Shown here piece after piece: positions 29,315 to 38,016 of a DNA stretch of 64,000 bases. Every line of letters begins with the position of its first letter. Within the stretch, counting starts at the first letter, position 1. The DNA is from an uncultured Thermoprotei archaeon (GTDB lineage: Archaea; Thermoproteota; Thermoprotei; Thermofilales; B15-G2). The translations under genes were made by a program, and so were the position numbers. The DNA is taken from the NCBI GenBank assembly GCA_965367815.1, contig CBDUKN010000006.1, positions 41,391-105,390 of the forward strand, written 5' to 3'. The notes beneath the pieces are model-generated. The model ran no database searches. It was given only the letters and a program-made list of their open reading frames with translations, and was not told the origin of the DNA.

Positions 29315-31252
29315 TTGTACAGAAGATCGCCTATTAGTACTGCAGTCGAATACTATAGGAAGCTTAAAGAAACGGAGTTTATTGAAGTGCTGTCTGCTGA
29401 AGAACTTAAAGCTAATTATAGCAGAAAAGATTTAGTAAAGTATATCGATTTTCTGTCAAAACTCCGTAGCGAAGTACTCTCAGCAGACCTATATCCACAC
29501 CACCGCAAAGATATCTTAGCCAAAATAGATAGAAGACTAAGTAAACTAAAAGTAGTTCTAAGCGGAGGCAAAGAAACTCCAATGCTGGAAATTCTAATTG
29601 AAGCAGATAAAAGTGAAGTATTTGAAGAGGAAGTAGCAAAAATATCGTGTCTGCTTGTAAACAACTATTTTAGAGAAGCTAAAGTAATATTGAGCTTAGA
29701 GGGAGTCGGAGTATCTTTTCCAAAAGGCAGGAGCTACACTGTATATCTTGCTTCAGGCGAAAAATACTCACTAGAAATACCTGCTGTAGCCGAGAAAACA
29801 GGAGAAGCTACTATAGGACCTATTGTAGCTGAAGCAACTTTCTCTGACGGCAAAAGAATTAACGTAAAGTCAAAGCTACTTAAGATTAAGGTTAAGCCGT
29901 ATAGACCTATGCTTGAAGTAGTGCGTAGAGTTAAGTCTAAAAACATTATAGAAGGAAAACCAGCTGAAGTAGAAATTATTCTTCGTAATGTAGGTACAAC
30001 TGCTCTTGGCGTAAGTGTAGTAGAACCTATAGAAGGTATGAAAATTGAAGGCGAGTACAAGTGGAGAGGTGTACTCAAGCCCGGCGAAGAAAAAGTACTT
30101 AAGTATAAGATATACTTGCCCTCTGGTTCACATACACTACCTTCAACTAAAGTAATATACAGAGATCCTCGAGGAAGCACTTGGGAGAAACTGCTTAAAG
30201 AAGAAGTAATTGAAGTAAAGCCTATTGAAGCGGAGAAAACAGACTATAACTCTCTCATAGACCTATTTTTCAAAAGTGCTTTTTCAGCAGGATTAGGCTA
30301 TTTAGTAGGAAAATATATTGTAGGGAAAAAGCTTCCCGAGATAAAGAAGTACTCTAAGCCAGTTTTTATTCAAGGAAACATACCTTGGAAGAAAATTGAG
30401 GTTAAAGGACAAGAAGTAACAATTATATTTGAACATCCTATAGCGACTGTTACAGAAGATAGAGGTAGCTATATTGCATTAAGGCCGGCTACTCTAGAAG
30501 AAATATTATTGGCTACAGATATCCACTTAGCCAGAACACTTCAGCTAGAATTCTGTACAAAAGTTGAAAACATTTTTAAGTACTGGAGACCCAGACTAGG
30601 GGGAGAAGTTAATTTAAGTTATAAGAGAATAGATTTATCTAAGGAAGAAAAAGAAGCTATTAGAAAAGAATTAGAAGCAAAAAGAGAAGTTATTAATGAA
30701 AAGAAATTAAGTATGCTTCCCGAAAACACTCTACTAGAATTTATTTATTACATGGGAGGCTTTTTCCGGAAAAAAGAGTTCGCCATATATGTGCTTACTT
30801 ACTCTAGACTTAAAAAACTCTTTTACAATGAAATAGACCACAAGCCTCTAGCTAAAGCTGAAGCCCTTAAGGCTATAGAGAAGAGAATTAGAAAAGATAT
30901 AGAGTATGTACTCATATTAGCTTCTCCTACTGGCTGGGATCAGAAAAGTATAGAGGAAGTAGAGTCATTTATTCTACCTAACTCTCACATACTTCTAGTA
31001 GATCTCAAGACTGGTGAAGTATACTTTAATAAAAACGACCCTATTGCCTGTGAAATAGCCTCACTTATAGCTAAAGAAACTACAGGTCTTCCACCTATAC
31101 CTAAAGAAGCTAGAAAAGAATTCGATAAACTCACAGAAATGCTTGTTAAAGGAGAAATAAACGAAAAAGAATATTTAAATAAAATATTAGAGCTTCTAGG
31201 AGTTAAAATAAAAGTTAAAGAAAAAGCTAGCAGAGCTAGCTTTTTGCTCTAA
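29315..31252 (+). CDS. Multidomain protein: helical N-terminus, two Ig-like (CARDB/BatD-like) domains, hydrophobic helix, alpha/beta domain, SHOCT-like tail
   Basis: VEIILRNVG...GVLKPGEEKVLKY...LPSTKVIYRD Ig-like pattern; FSAGLGYLVG helix; GEINEKEY tail. Confidence 0.7.
   Translation: MYRRSPISTAVEYYRKLKETEFIEVLSAEELKANYSRKDLVKYIDFLSKLRSEVLSADLYPHHRKDILAKIDRRLSKLKVVLSGGKETPMLEILIEADKSEVFEEEVAKISCLLVNNYFREAKVILSLEGVGVSFPKGRSYTVYLASGEKYSLEIPAVAEKTGEATIGPIVAEATFSDGKRINVKSKLLKIKVKPYRPMLEVVRRVKSKNIIEGKPAEVEIILRNVGTTALGVSVVEPIEGMKIEGEYKWRGVLKPGEEKVLKYKIYLPSGSHTLPSTKVIYRDPRGSTWEKLLKEEVIEVKPIEAEKTDYNSLIDLFFKSAFSAGLGYLVGKYIVGKKLPEIKKYSKPVFIQGNIPWKKIEVKGQEVTIIFEHPIATVTEDRGSYIALRPATLEEILLATDIHLARTLQLEFCTKVENIFKYWRPRLGGEVNLSYKRIDLSKEEKEAIRKELEAKREVINEKKLSMLPENTLLEFIYYMGGFFRKKEFAIYVLTYSRLKKLFYNEIDHKPLAKAEALKAIEKRIRKDIEYVLILASPTGWDQKSIEEVESFILPNSHILLVDLKTGEVYFNKNDPIACEIASLIAKETTGLPPIPKEARKEFDKLTEMLVKGEINEKEYLNKILELLGVKIKVKEKASRASFLL
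31221..31245. terminator. 11-bp perfect inverted repeat at convergent gene ends
   Basis: AAAAAGCTAGC-AGA-GCTAGCTTTTT, with a T-tract on both strands. Confidence 0.5.
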
Positions 31253-31611
31253 TGACTGCTCCTAATACTCCTCCTACAAGCCCTATTAGAGCTCCTTTGA
31301 GCGAAAGAACGACTACTAGTAAAGCTAATCCTATTCCAGCATGAGGTGCATAGGGAGCTAGAGGAGGAATTACTATTGTTAAGAGAAACGGGGAAAAGAA
31401 TTGCTACTAGTGTTGCGAGAATAAGACTTCCAAGTATACCCGCTAAGAAGCCTGCAAGAGCACCTCTACCCATTCCGCCTCCAGCTATAAAGCCTGCAAT
31501 AAGCCCTGCTATGAAGTCTCCTATAAGCGGTAAAGGACCACTTAATACTGCGTGTAGAATAAAGCCAACTATTACTCCAAGCAAAAAGTTGCCTTTTGTG
31601 GTGGTCATCAC
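31236..31611 (-). pseudogene. DUF5518-like Gly-rich membrane protein, frameshifted
   Basis: PLIGDFIAGLIAGFIAGGG...; after a frameshift at ~31385 the other frame gives LTIVIPPLAP...ALIGLVGGVLGAVIRAKS*. Confidence 0.65.
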
Positions 31612-31986
31612 ATTACTTAAACATAGGTGAAATAAAAATTTAACTTAAATGACTTTAGTCGCATTAAAATTACTTCACAAGCTTTATCTTCGAGAATCTT
31701 CAATCGAAAATAGTTTTCTCTTTGTTCTAAACCAGATAATTATAATACTTGTTGAAAATCTCCTTCATTGGACTGTCAACAGAAAACAAAATTACTCTAT
31801 TAAAGTTCTCAAAAATTTCAAGAACTAGAATACTTTTAAAAGTAATAAACATTAGAGTTTATTTAAATGAGCTACATGGGGGTTATAAGTTTAAAAAGTT
31901 TTAGAGGAGTATTACTGAGACTTTAATAAATGCTTACTTGAAATTTAATTAAATGTAAAGAAGAATAGTTCTTTTAGGGAGTTTAA

Positions 31987-32743
31987 ATGAAAGGAATTAG
32001 AGTAGTGTTTAGGAGCCCTCATGCATCTCATGTGACAGTGAGTGCAGAGAAAGTGTTTTTCTGTGCCAGAAGACTTAAGTCTCGAGGAGGCATCGTTTTT
32101 TGCTTTAGGAGCAATATGTTTACAAGGCGTTAGAAAAGCGGGAGTTGAGATAGGTGAATCTGCTTTAGTTATAGGATTAGGGCTTGTCGGCCAGCTTACG
32201 GTTCAGCTTTTAAAACTTAGTGGTGCTATGCCTGTAATAGGGCTAGACCTATATGAGGGAAGACTTAAGTTAGCGAGAAAATTGGGAGCAGATTATGTTT
32301 TTAATCCTTCTAAAGTAGACGTCGAAAAAGAGATCCTTAGGTTAACCGAAGGTAAAGGAGCTTCGCTCACAATAGAGGCTTCCGGTAGCCCCGAAGCTGT
32401 AAATCTAGCATTCAGGCTTACGAGAAAGTTAGGTAGAGTAGTTTTGCTTGGGAGTAGTAGAGGCGAGACTACTGTAGATTTCTATAGAGATATTCATAGG
32501 AAAGGGCTTCATGTAATAGGGGCACACGTGTCTACAGTGCCTGAAGTAGAATCTTTTAGATACTACTGGACTCTCAAGGACGAGATAAAAACGTTCTTTA
32601 AGCTTCTTAAAATGAGAAGCCTCAATGTTAAGGACCTTATATCAGTTAAGTTAAGTTTCAAAGACGCGGGTGAAGCTTACGAGTTGCTGAGAAAAGAAAA
32701 AGACAGAGTTATAGGAGTCCTCTTGGACTGGACTAGTGCCTAA
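31987..32743 (+). pseudogene. Zinc-binding MDR dehydrogenase with internal deletion and frameshift
   Basis: ATG 31987 MKGIRVVFRSP joins directly to HASHVTV, so most of the GroES domain is missing; frameshift at ~32050; GLGLVG Rossmann motif downstream. Confidence 0.75.
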
Positions 32744-32831
32744 GTTTAAGTATTCTAGAATACAGTGTTATCCGGTTAACTAAACAACTTTTACATATTT
32801 GAGCAATAGTATTGTTACTTGGTGGATCTAA

Positions 32832-33068
32832 TTGATTGCTATTGGTCGAGTGGGCTCGAAAGGAGAGCTTTTTCCTCCTAAAGAAATTAGAGAAAAGTTA
32901 GGTCTCAGACCTCACATGAAGGTAATTTATAGAGTTGAGAAAGGGAGGCTTATTGTTGGGCCTATTCCAAGTATAGAAGATGTCCTTAAGGAGCCTTGCG
33001 AAGTAGAAATAACTTTAGAAGGGTTTCATAGGTTTAGGAAAAAGCTTTCACATGAAGCTGAATCATGA
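32832..33068 (+). CDS. AbrB/VapB antitoxin
   Basis: GRVGSKGELFPPKEIREKLGL. Confidence 0.8.
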   Translation: MIAIGRVGSKGELFPPKEIREKLGLRPHMKVIYRVEKGRLIVGPIPSIEDVLKEPCEVEITLEGFHRFRKKLSHEAES

Positions 33069-33540
33069 AAATCTTGCTAGATACGACCTACTTTTTACCT
33101 GTAACAGGAATTTCTGTAAAGAATTTTCCGGTAATATTGTTGTAGATTTAATAAACGAAAAGTGTACCATTTTGATGAGCGAAATTACTCTCCTTGAAAT
33201 TTTAGCTAAGGGAGCTAAATATGTTGCATCGAGTCTTCTTAGAGCTGAAAGAGTAATTAAAGGTATAAGGTCTCTTTTATATGATGATAGAGTTCATAAG
33301 ATCCCTATACACGATACTTATGTGCTACTGACTGCTTTAGAACTAAGAAAACTGCTGAACGACTTCATAGACTGTCTTATTCTTTCAGCAACCATAAATT
33401 ATGCTAATATTCTATTGACAGGAGACGAAGATATTCACAGGCTACTAGGTAATGAAAAATTCTTGGAAATAGTTCAAGAAATAAACCCAGAGTTTAAAAT
33501 AATGTGTTATAGTGAACTCGAAAAGATTTTAAGTGAATAG
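33065..33540 (+). pseudogene. VapC PIN toxin, frameshifted near N-terminus
   Basis: ATG 33065 gives MKILLDTTYFLP...; the frame shifts at ~33130 into the annotated frame containing SEITLLE and DFIDCLILSA. Confidence 0.75.
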
Positions 33541-33627
33541 ACTTTTAAGATGCTGTTAATGCTTGTTTCTGCTTCAATAGTAATACTTCTGCATTATATT
33601 GAATACATATAAGTAGCTTGTAGTACA

Positions 33628-33918
33628 GTGTTATATGTGTTGTCAAAAGAACCTATTGATTTAAGTAAAGTGAGTAAAGAAGACGTTGATAAAGAAATTT
33701 TGCGGCTAGGTATTATTGCTGAATTAGACGCTATTAGTCTTTATGAGCAGCTAGCAGCTATGACGAGTAATGAGAAAATAAAGAAAGTTCTCCTTGATAT
33801 TGCTAAAGAAGAAAAAACTCATGTAGGGGAGTTCTTAGCCTTACTACTTAAACTTGATGAAGAACAAGCTAGAGAGCTCGAGGAGGGGCGCAAGGAAGTA
33901 GAAGAAATTACCGGATAA
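33628..33918 (+). CDS. Ferritin-like protein (encapsulated-ferritin/Flp type)
   Basis: ILRLGIIAELDAISLYEQ...DIAKEEKTHVGEF...DEEQ. Confidence 0.85.
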   Translation: MLYVLSKEPIDLSKVSKEDVDKEILRLGIIAELDAISLYEQLAAMTSNEKIKKVLLDIAKEEKTHVGEFLALLLKLDEEQARELEEGRKEVEEITG

Positions 33919-33919
33919 A

Positions 33920-33969
33920 TCAGCAACGGGGCATTTCATCATAGCTCAAGCGTCTCTACCTCTCATCAT
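33920..33969 (-). ncRNA. Box C/D methylation guide sRNA
   Basis: Minus strand reads C ATGATGA - gaggtagagacgc - D' TTGA - gct - C' ATGATGA - aatgccccgttg - D CTGA, with canonical 12-13 nt guides. Confidence 0.82.
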
Positions 33970-34202
33970 AGCATAATAGTAGTAATAATACCTAGGTTTA
34001 TTTTTATTGACTTTATTACTAGTGCCGTCAAATTTAATCATCTCTTTGTGCTATGATTTAAGTCTTTCTAGCTTATTTGCTCTCAAGCATAGAGCGTGGA
34101 GTCTCTAGTCAAAAACTTCACTTGATAGCACTCTCTACGTAGAGTCTCTACTCAAGAAAGATTTATTATTTTGAATTTTGTGTTTTTATTGGGGCTTGGT
34201 AT

Positions 34203-34613
34203 TTGAGTGAGGAGGTTTTGTCTGTTGTTTTAGCTGAAGTTTCTAAGGTTATTTTAAATAAGGTTAAGAAGGGTAAGAAGCTTACTGCTGAGGAAATACT
34301 CCTACTATACTTGGATTTAATGTATAGAGAAATAGGTGATCTCAGAAGCGAAATAAGAGAACTAAATAATGAAGTAAACAATCTACGTAGCGAAGTAAAC
34401 AAGAGATTTATTGAAGTAAACAGTAGATTTGATGGGGTTAATAAAAGAATAGATAATAACTATTTAGAGATTTCGAAGAAAATTGATGATATTAATAAGA
34501 GAATAGATTTAATTCACTTAGAGTTATCTAAGAAAATCGACGATATAAATAGAAGAATAGATGAAACAAACAAAAGAATAGATAAAGTATACGAGCTTTT
34601 AATCAAGAAATAA
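34203..34613 (+). CDS. paREP-like coiled-coil repeat protein
   Basis: GKKLTAEEILLLYL head followed by heptad repeats (KRIDxxN). Confidence 0.75.
   Translation: MSEEVLSVVLAEVSKVILNKVKKGKKLTAEEILLLYLDLMYREIGDLRSEIRELNNEVNNLRSEVNKRFIEVNSRFDGVNKRIDNNYLEISKKIDDINKRIDLIHLELSKKIDDINRRIDETNKRIDKVYELLIKK
34360..34590 (+). repeat. Coding heptad/hendecad repeats
   Basis: Recurrent GAAGTAAAC and AAGAATAGAT units encoding EVN/KRID. Confidence 0.6.
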
Positions 34614-35036
34614 CATATAGCAGTAAATTAATTAAATTCACAAATATTCAAGAGGACAAAGAAAAGAAAAGTTAAGCTGAGTGCTTCTTTTAACTTATAA
34701 ATTTATGAAGAATTAAAATAATCTGGTTTTAATAGCATAGTCTGCTATTTTCTCAGGAATTGGATCTTTATTATAAGTAGTTATATCAAGTAACTTGTTC
34801 TTACTTAAATAGTTTTAATTCATATATATTCTCTCAGTAAAGCAATATTGCTTCTACTAGTACTTCGTATAGCTTAACTGAGACTTATTTCCTTAAAAGT
34901 TCTTCTTTCTACTCTGCTTTAGTTTAGCGTAGCGTTCTGTATCTTTACTTATTTGACTCGTATTTTCACAAGCGATTTTCTATATGTTAGAATAATTATT
35001 TTAATAAAACTAGACAATTACTAGAAGTGTGAAAAC

Positions 35037-35846
35037 ATGATTAAGGTGCTATATGCCGGAGACGCGGGTGTCGTTATCGGTCCTATAATATTCGAGTCGC
35101 CGTTTATTATCGAGATAAAGGACGTGTACGTTCGAGACTGGAGCCACTACCTTATAAATGCTGTCAAAGAGACTGACCCAGAAATATCCTTTGACTATAT
35201 TCACTCAATAGATGCCTACAGACGTTTTCCAAGAAAATATGAGGACTTAAAGAAATACGACGTAATAATTCTAAGTGATGTGTCTAGTGAGGTATTAGCC
35301 TTCTACCCCGAATTCTTCCCTATAGAAGAGCTTAGAGAAGTCGAGTTACTTGAGAAACATAAGTACGTGGGAATGCCTAATAGGCTAAAACTAATTAAAA
35401 GATTCACTGAAGAAGGAGGCGGCCTCTTGATGGGCGGTGGCTGGTATTCTTTCTCAGGGCGATTCGGGCAAGGAGCATGGTACGATACTCCTGTAGCCGA
35501 AGTTCTTCCAGTGAAAATAAGTAAACTTGATGACCGCGTTGAAGCCCCAGATGGAGCCTTCGTAAAAGTCATCGATAAAGATCATCCAGTTACTAGAGGC
35601 CTGCCGTGGGAGACTTGTCCACCGTTCTTAGGCTACAATAAAGTCGAGCCAAAAGAAAACGCCAAAGTATTAGCAGTTATAGGGGATGACGAAGACCCGT
35701 TCATAGTTGTTGGAGAATACGGTAAGGGAAGAGTTATGGCGTTTACTTCAGATCCAGTACTGCACTGGGGCATAAACTTCATTAAATGGAAATACTACGG
35801 CAAATTCTGGGCTCAAACACTAAGATGGTTAGCTAAAAAAGACTAG
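35037..35846 (+). CDS. GATase1-like (DUF1355) protein
   Basis: YDVIILSDV, GGGLLMGGGWYSFSG, GKGRVMAFTSDP..HWG. Confidence 0.85.
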   Translation: MIKVLYAGDAGVVIGPIIFESPFIIEIKDVYVRDWSHYLINAVKETDPEISFDYIHSIDAYRRFPRKYEDLKKYDVIILSDVSSEVLAFYPEFFPIEELREVELLEKHKYVGMPNRLKLIKRFTEEGGGLLMGGGWYSFSGRFGQGAWYDTPVAEVLPVKISKLDDRVEAPDGAFVKVIDKDHPVTRGLPWETCPPFLGYNKVEPKENAKVLAVIGDDEDPFIVVGEYGKGRVMAFTSDPVLHWGINFIKWKYYGKFWAQTLRWLAKKD

Positions 35847-36781
35847 CTTTCTTTAAACTTTCTCGAATATATTTTTGTTATGTAGAGATAATTGTACCCG
35901 TATTCTAGGCTAGACTCTATTTCAGTTCCTTCAAGCCACTCATTCCACGAAGTTATTAGTATCCAGTCTGCACCAGCTTTAAAAGAGGTCTTCCGGCAGT
36001 CAATATAGTATCTGCCGCCTTCACGCGGTATAAAGATTCCTGGCTGTCTAATTCTCCTATCATCATATCCTGGGCAGACAGTAGCAGCGAATAGTTTGTT
36101 TTTCTCCTTTATTTCCTTCGAAACTTCTAGGTAAATGTCTTCTAGTGGTATTCCTCGCTTAGAGTAGCGGACTGGAGTATAGATGTGGAGACCATCGAAT
36201 ACTTCCAAGTAGTTTAAGTCGAAAGTGTCTCCTAAGAGAAAGAATTCATGATTCTTTTCAAGCTTCTCTCTAATGTACTTCCACTCTTTAACTGAATACT
36301 GGTCTGCAATATATATTACGAGTAACGGCTTGCCGTCGACTTTTATCCAAGATTCTTTCGAGGCATATTCCTCTAAAAGTCTTTTAAGATCACTATAAAT
36401 TCTTTCAATAGCAGCCTCTCTTTTCTCATCTCTTAGCTTTAAGGTCATAGCTGTCTCATAGTATATCGTGATGAAGTTTTTTGGAGCAAGATTGAGAAGT
36501 TTCTATAGAGCTTTATGTGAATAGTGTTCAAATCCCCACCACGATAATATAAAGCCATCTATTTCAGCAAACTCTGCTTGTCGAAGATGTCTTCTTAGAG
36601 TATATTCGTCGCAGCTATCATACACTCCATCCAAGGGATACTCTGCTGTAGCAATTTGTCGCCTGCCCCATACAACTATATCAGGGTTGTAGCCAACAGC
36701 ATTCCAGCCAAGCCACTTACTAGCGGGACCCCAGGGAGTGCCGTACCAAGCATAGTAAAAAGTCAAGACTTTCTTTTCCAT
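35843..36781 (-). pseudogene. Glycoside hydrolase family 99-like (endo-alpha-mannosidase-like) interrupted by one in-frame TAG
   Basis: FYYAWYG, IDGFILSWWG, IYYE, PGYDD, ITSWNEW.EGTEIE; TAG at 36503-36505 is in frame with both ORF-track pieces. Confidence 0.8.
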
Positions 36782-36922
36782 TTTAACACCAATTAAGAGG
36801 CCGGCGAGTTTATATAAGTTTAACAAAGAAATGTGTTTTATGGCCTTGTTTAACAAAGATACATGTTCTGCTAACACCTATATTTCCTAATACTATTTCA
36901 GCTTAGCTTACTTAATGTAAGC

Positions 36923-37945
36923 TCAGAGAGTAGCTATGTTTTTAGCCTTTCCTTGTTTCCACTGGTATAGTTTAATTTCTCCATTTGATATTTTGATAAA
37001 TGTGTTGCAGAGTGCTTCTTTTTCACGTATCCAGCTTCCAGTGTTTGCAATTAGTAGGTTGTTCCACTTTATTACTCCTGGTACGTGAGTGTGTCCAAAA
37101 ATTATTCCGTCTAAAGGATTTATTATACTTTTATAGAATTCTATATATTTTACGAAAGATTTTTTCTTAATTAGCTGACCTAATGTCTTTCCACGAGTTC
37201 TTCCTTTAAGTACACTTGCTGATAGCGGTTTTATTAGAAGGTACCAGAACTTGCTTTGTAGTGTTCTCCATACTAGTATTATGAGGGGTAGAATTAGCAC
37301 TGCTGAAGCATAGTAGAATATTAGGTCCAGTGGATGCGGTAACGGCGGCGTGACATACACTAATGTCACTGTAGATAAGGCGGATAGTATAGCTATACCC
37401 CATTCTAGCGGACCTGGTAGTGCTAAGAGTGCTTCCGAAAGGGTATAGATGTAGGACTGTATTTTCCATAATCCTTTAGTTGCAAGAAATAGTCTGTCAA
37501 ATTGGTGTCCATGAATTAAGAGGAATGTTTTTCCACCTGACTTGAGTAAGAAAAAGTCTGGTACTACGTAGATGTCTCCTTTACTACTTCTCAGAGCTAT
37601 CTTAGCTACAATTCTGTCATGGTTTCCTGCTGCATAGACTATCGTAGCGTCTAGCTTCATCAGCTCTCGTATAAATTCATAAGAAGAATTCATTAAGTCT
37701 GAAGCATCTGCTTGCCAGAAATCGAAAATGTCTCCTAGGAGTACTACTAGCTTTATTTGCTTGCCTTTTTCTCTAATGTATTCGGCTAGTTTTGCGAGCT
37801 GCCTATAACTTGTCGCATAATTACCTTTTATTCTGAGCCCGAAGTGCGTGTCAGAAATAATTATTGCTTCTTCTCCCTCTTCGAGAACTATTTTAAGCAC
37901 AGTTTTTCCGTTTAGCTCTGCTGACTCCACTTTCAATGTGATCAC
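36923..37945 (-). CDS. Calcineurin-like metallophosphoesterase with inserted TM hairpin
   Basis: SDTHFG, LGDIFD, GNHD, HGH, GHTH, NTGSW. Confidence 0.88.
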   Translation of the reverse strand: MITLKVESAELNGKTVLKIVLEEGEEAIIISDTHFGLRIKGNYATSYRQLAKLAEYIREKGKQIKLVVLLGDIFDFWQADASDLMNSSYEFIRELMKLDATIVYAAGNHDRIVAKIALRSSKGDIYVVPDFFLLKSGGKTFLLIHGHQFDRLFLATKGLWKIQSYIYTLSEALLALPGPLEWGIAILSALSTVTLVYVTPPLPHPLDLIFYYASAVLILPLIILVWRTLQSKFWYLLIKPLSASVLKGRTRGKTLGQLIKKKSFVKYIEFYKSIINPLDGIIFGHTHVPGVIKWNNLLIANTGSWIREKEALCNTFIKISNGEIKLYQWKQGKAKNIATL

Positions 37946-38016
37946 CGTTCAGCGTTCGAAAAACAGTACCTCCCTGTATATTTAACTAGCTTTCAAACAC
38001 TTAAGCTGTTTGCTTA

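Noticed and set aside
21770-31252. Provirus or integrative element interpretation of the cluster
   Set aside because: No integrase, transposase, capsid or replication gene, tRNA or att-like direct repeat was seen.
34360-34590. Short repeats that might suggest a CRISPR array
   Set aside because: In-frame degenerate coding repeats without unique spacers; no cas genes.
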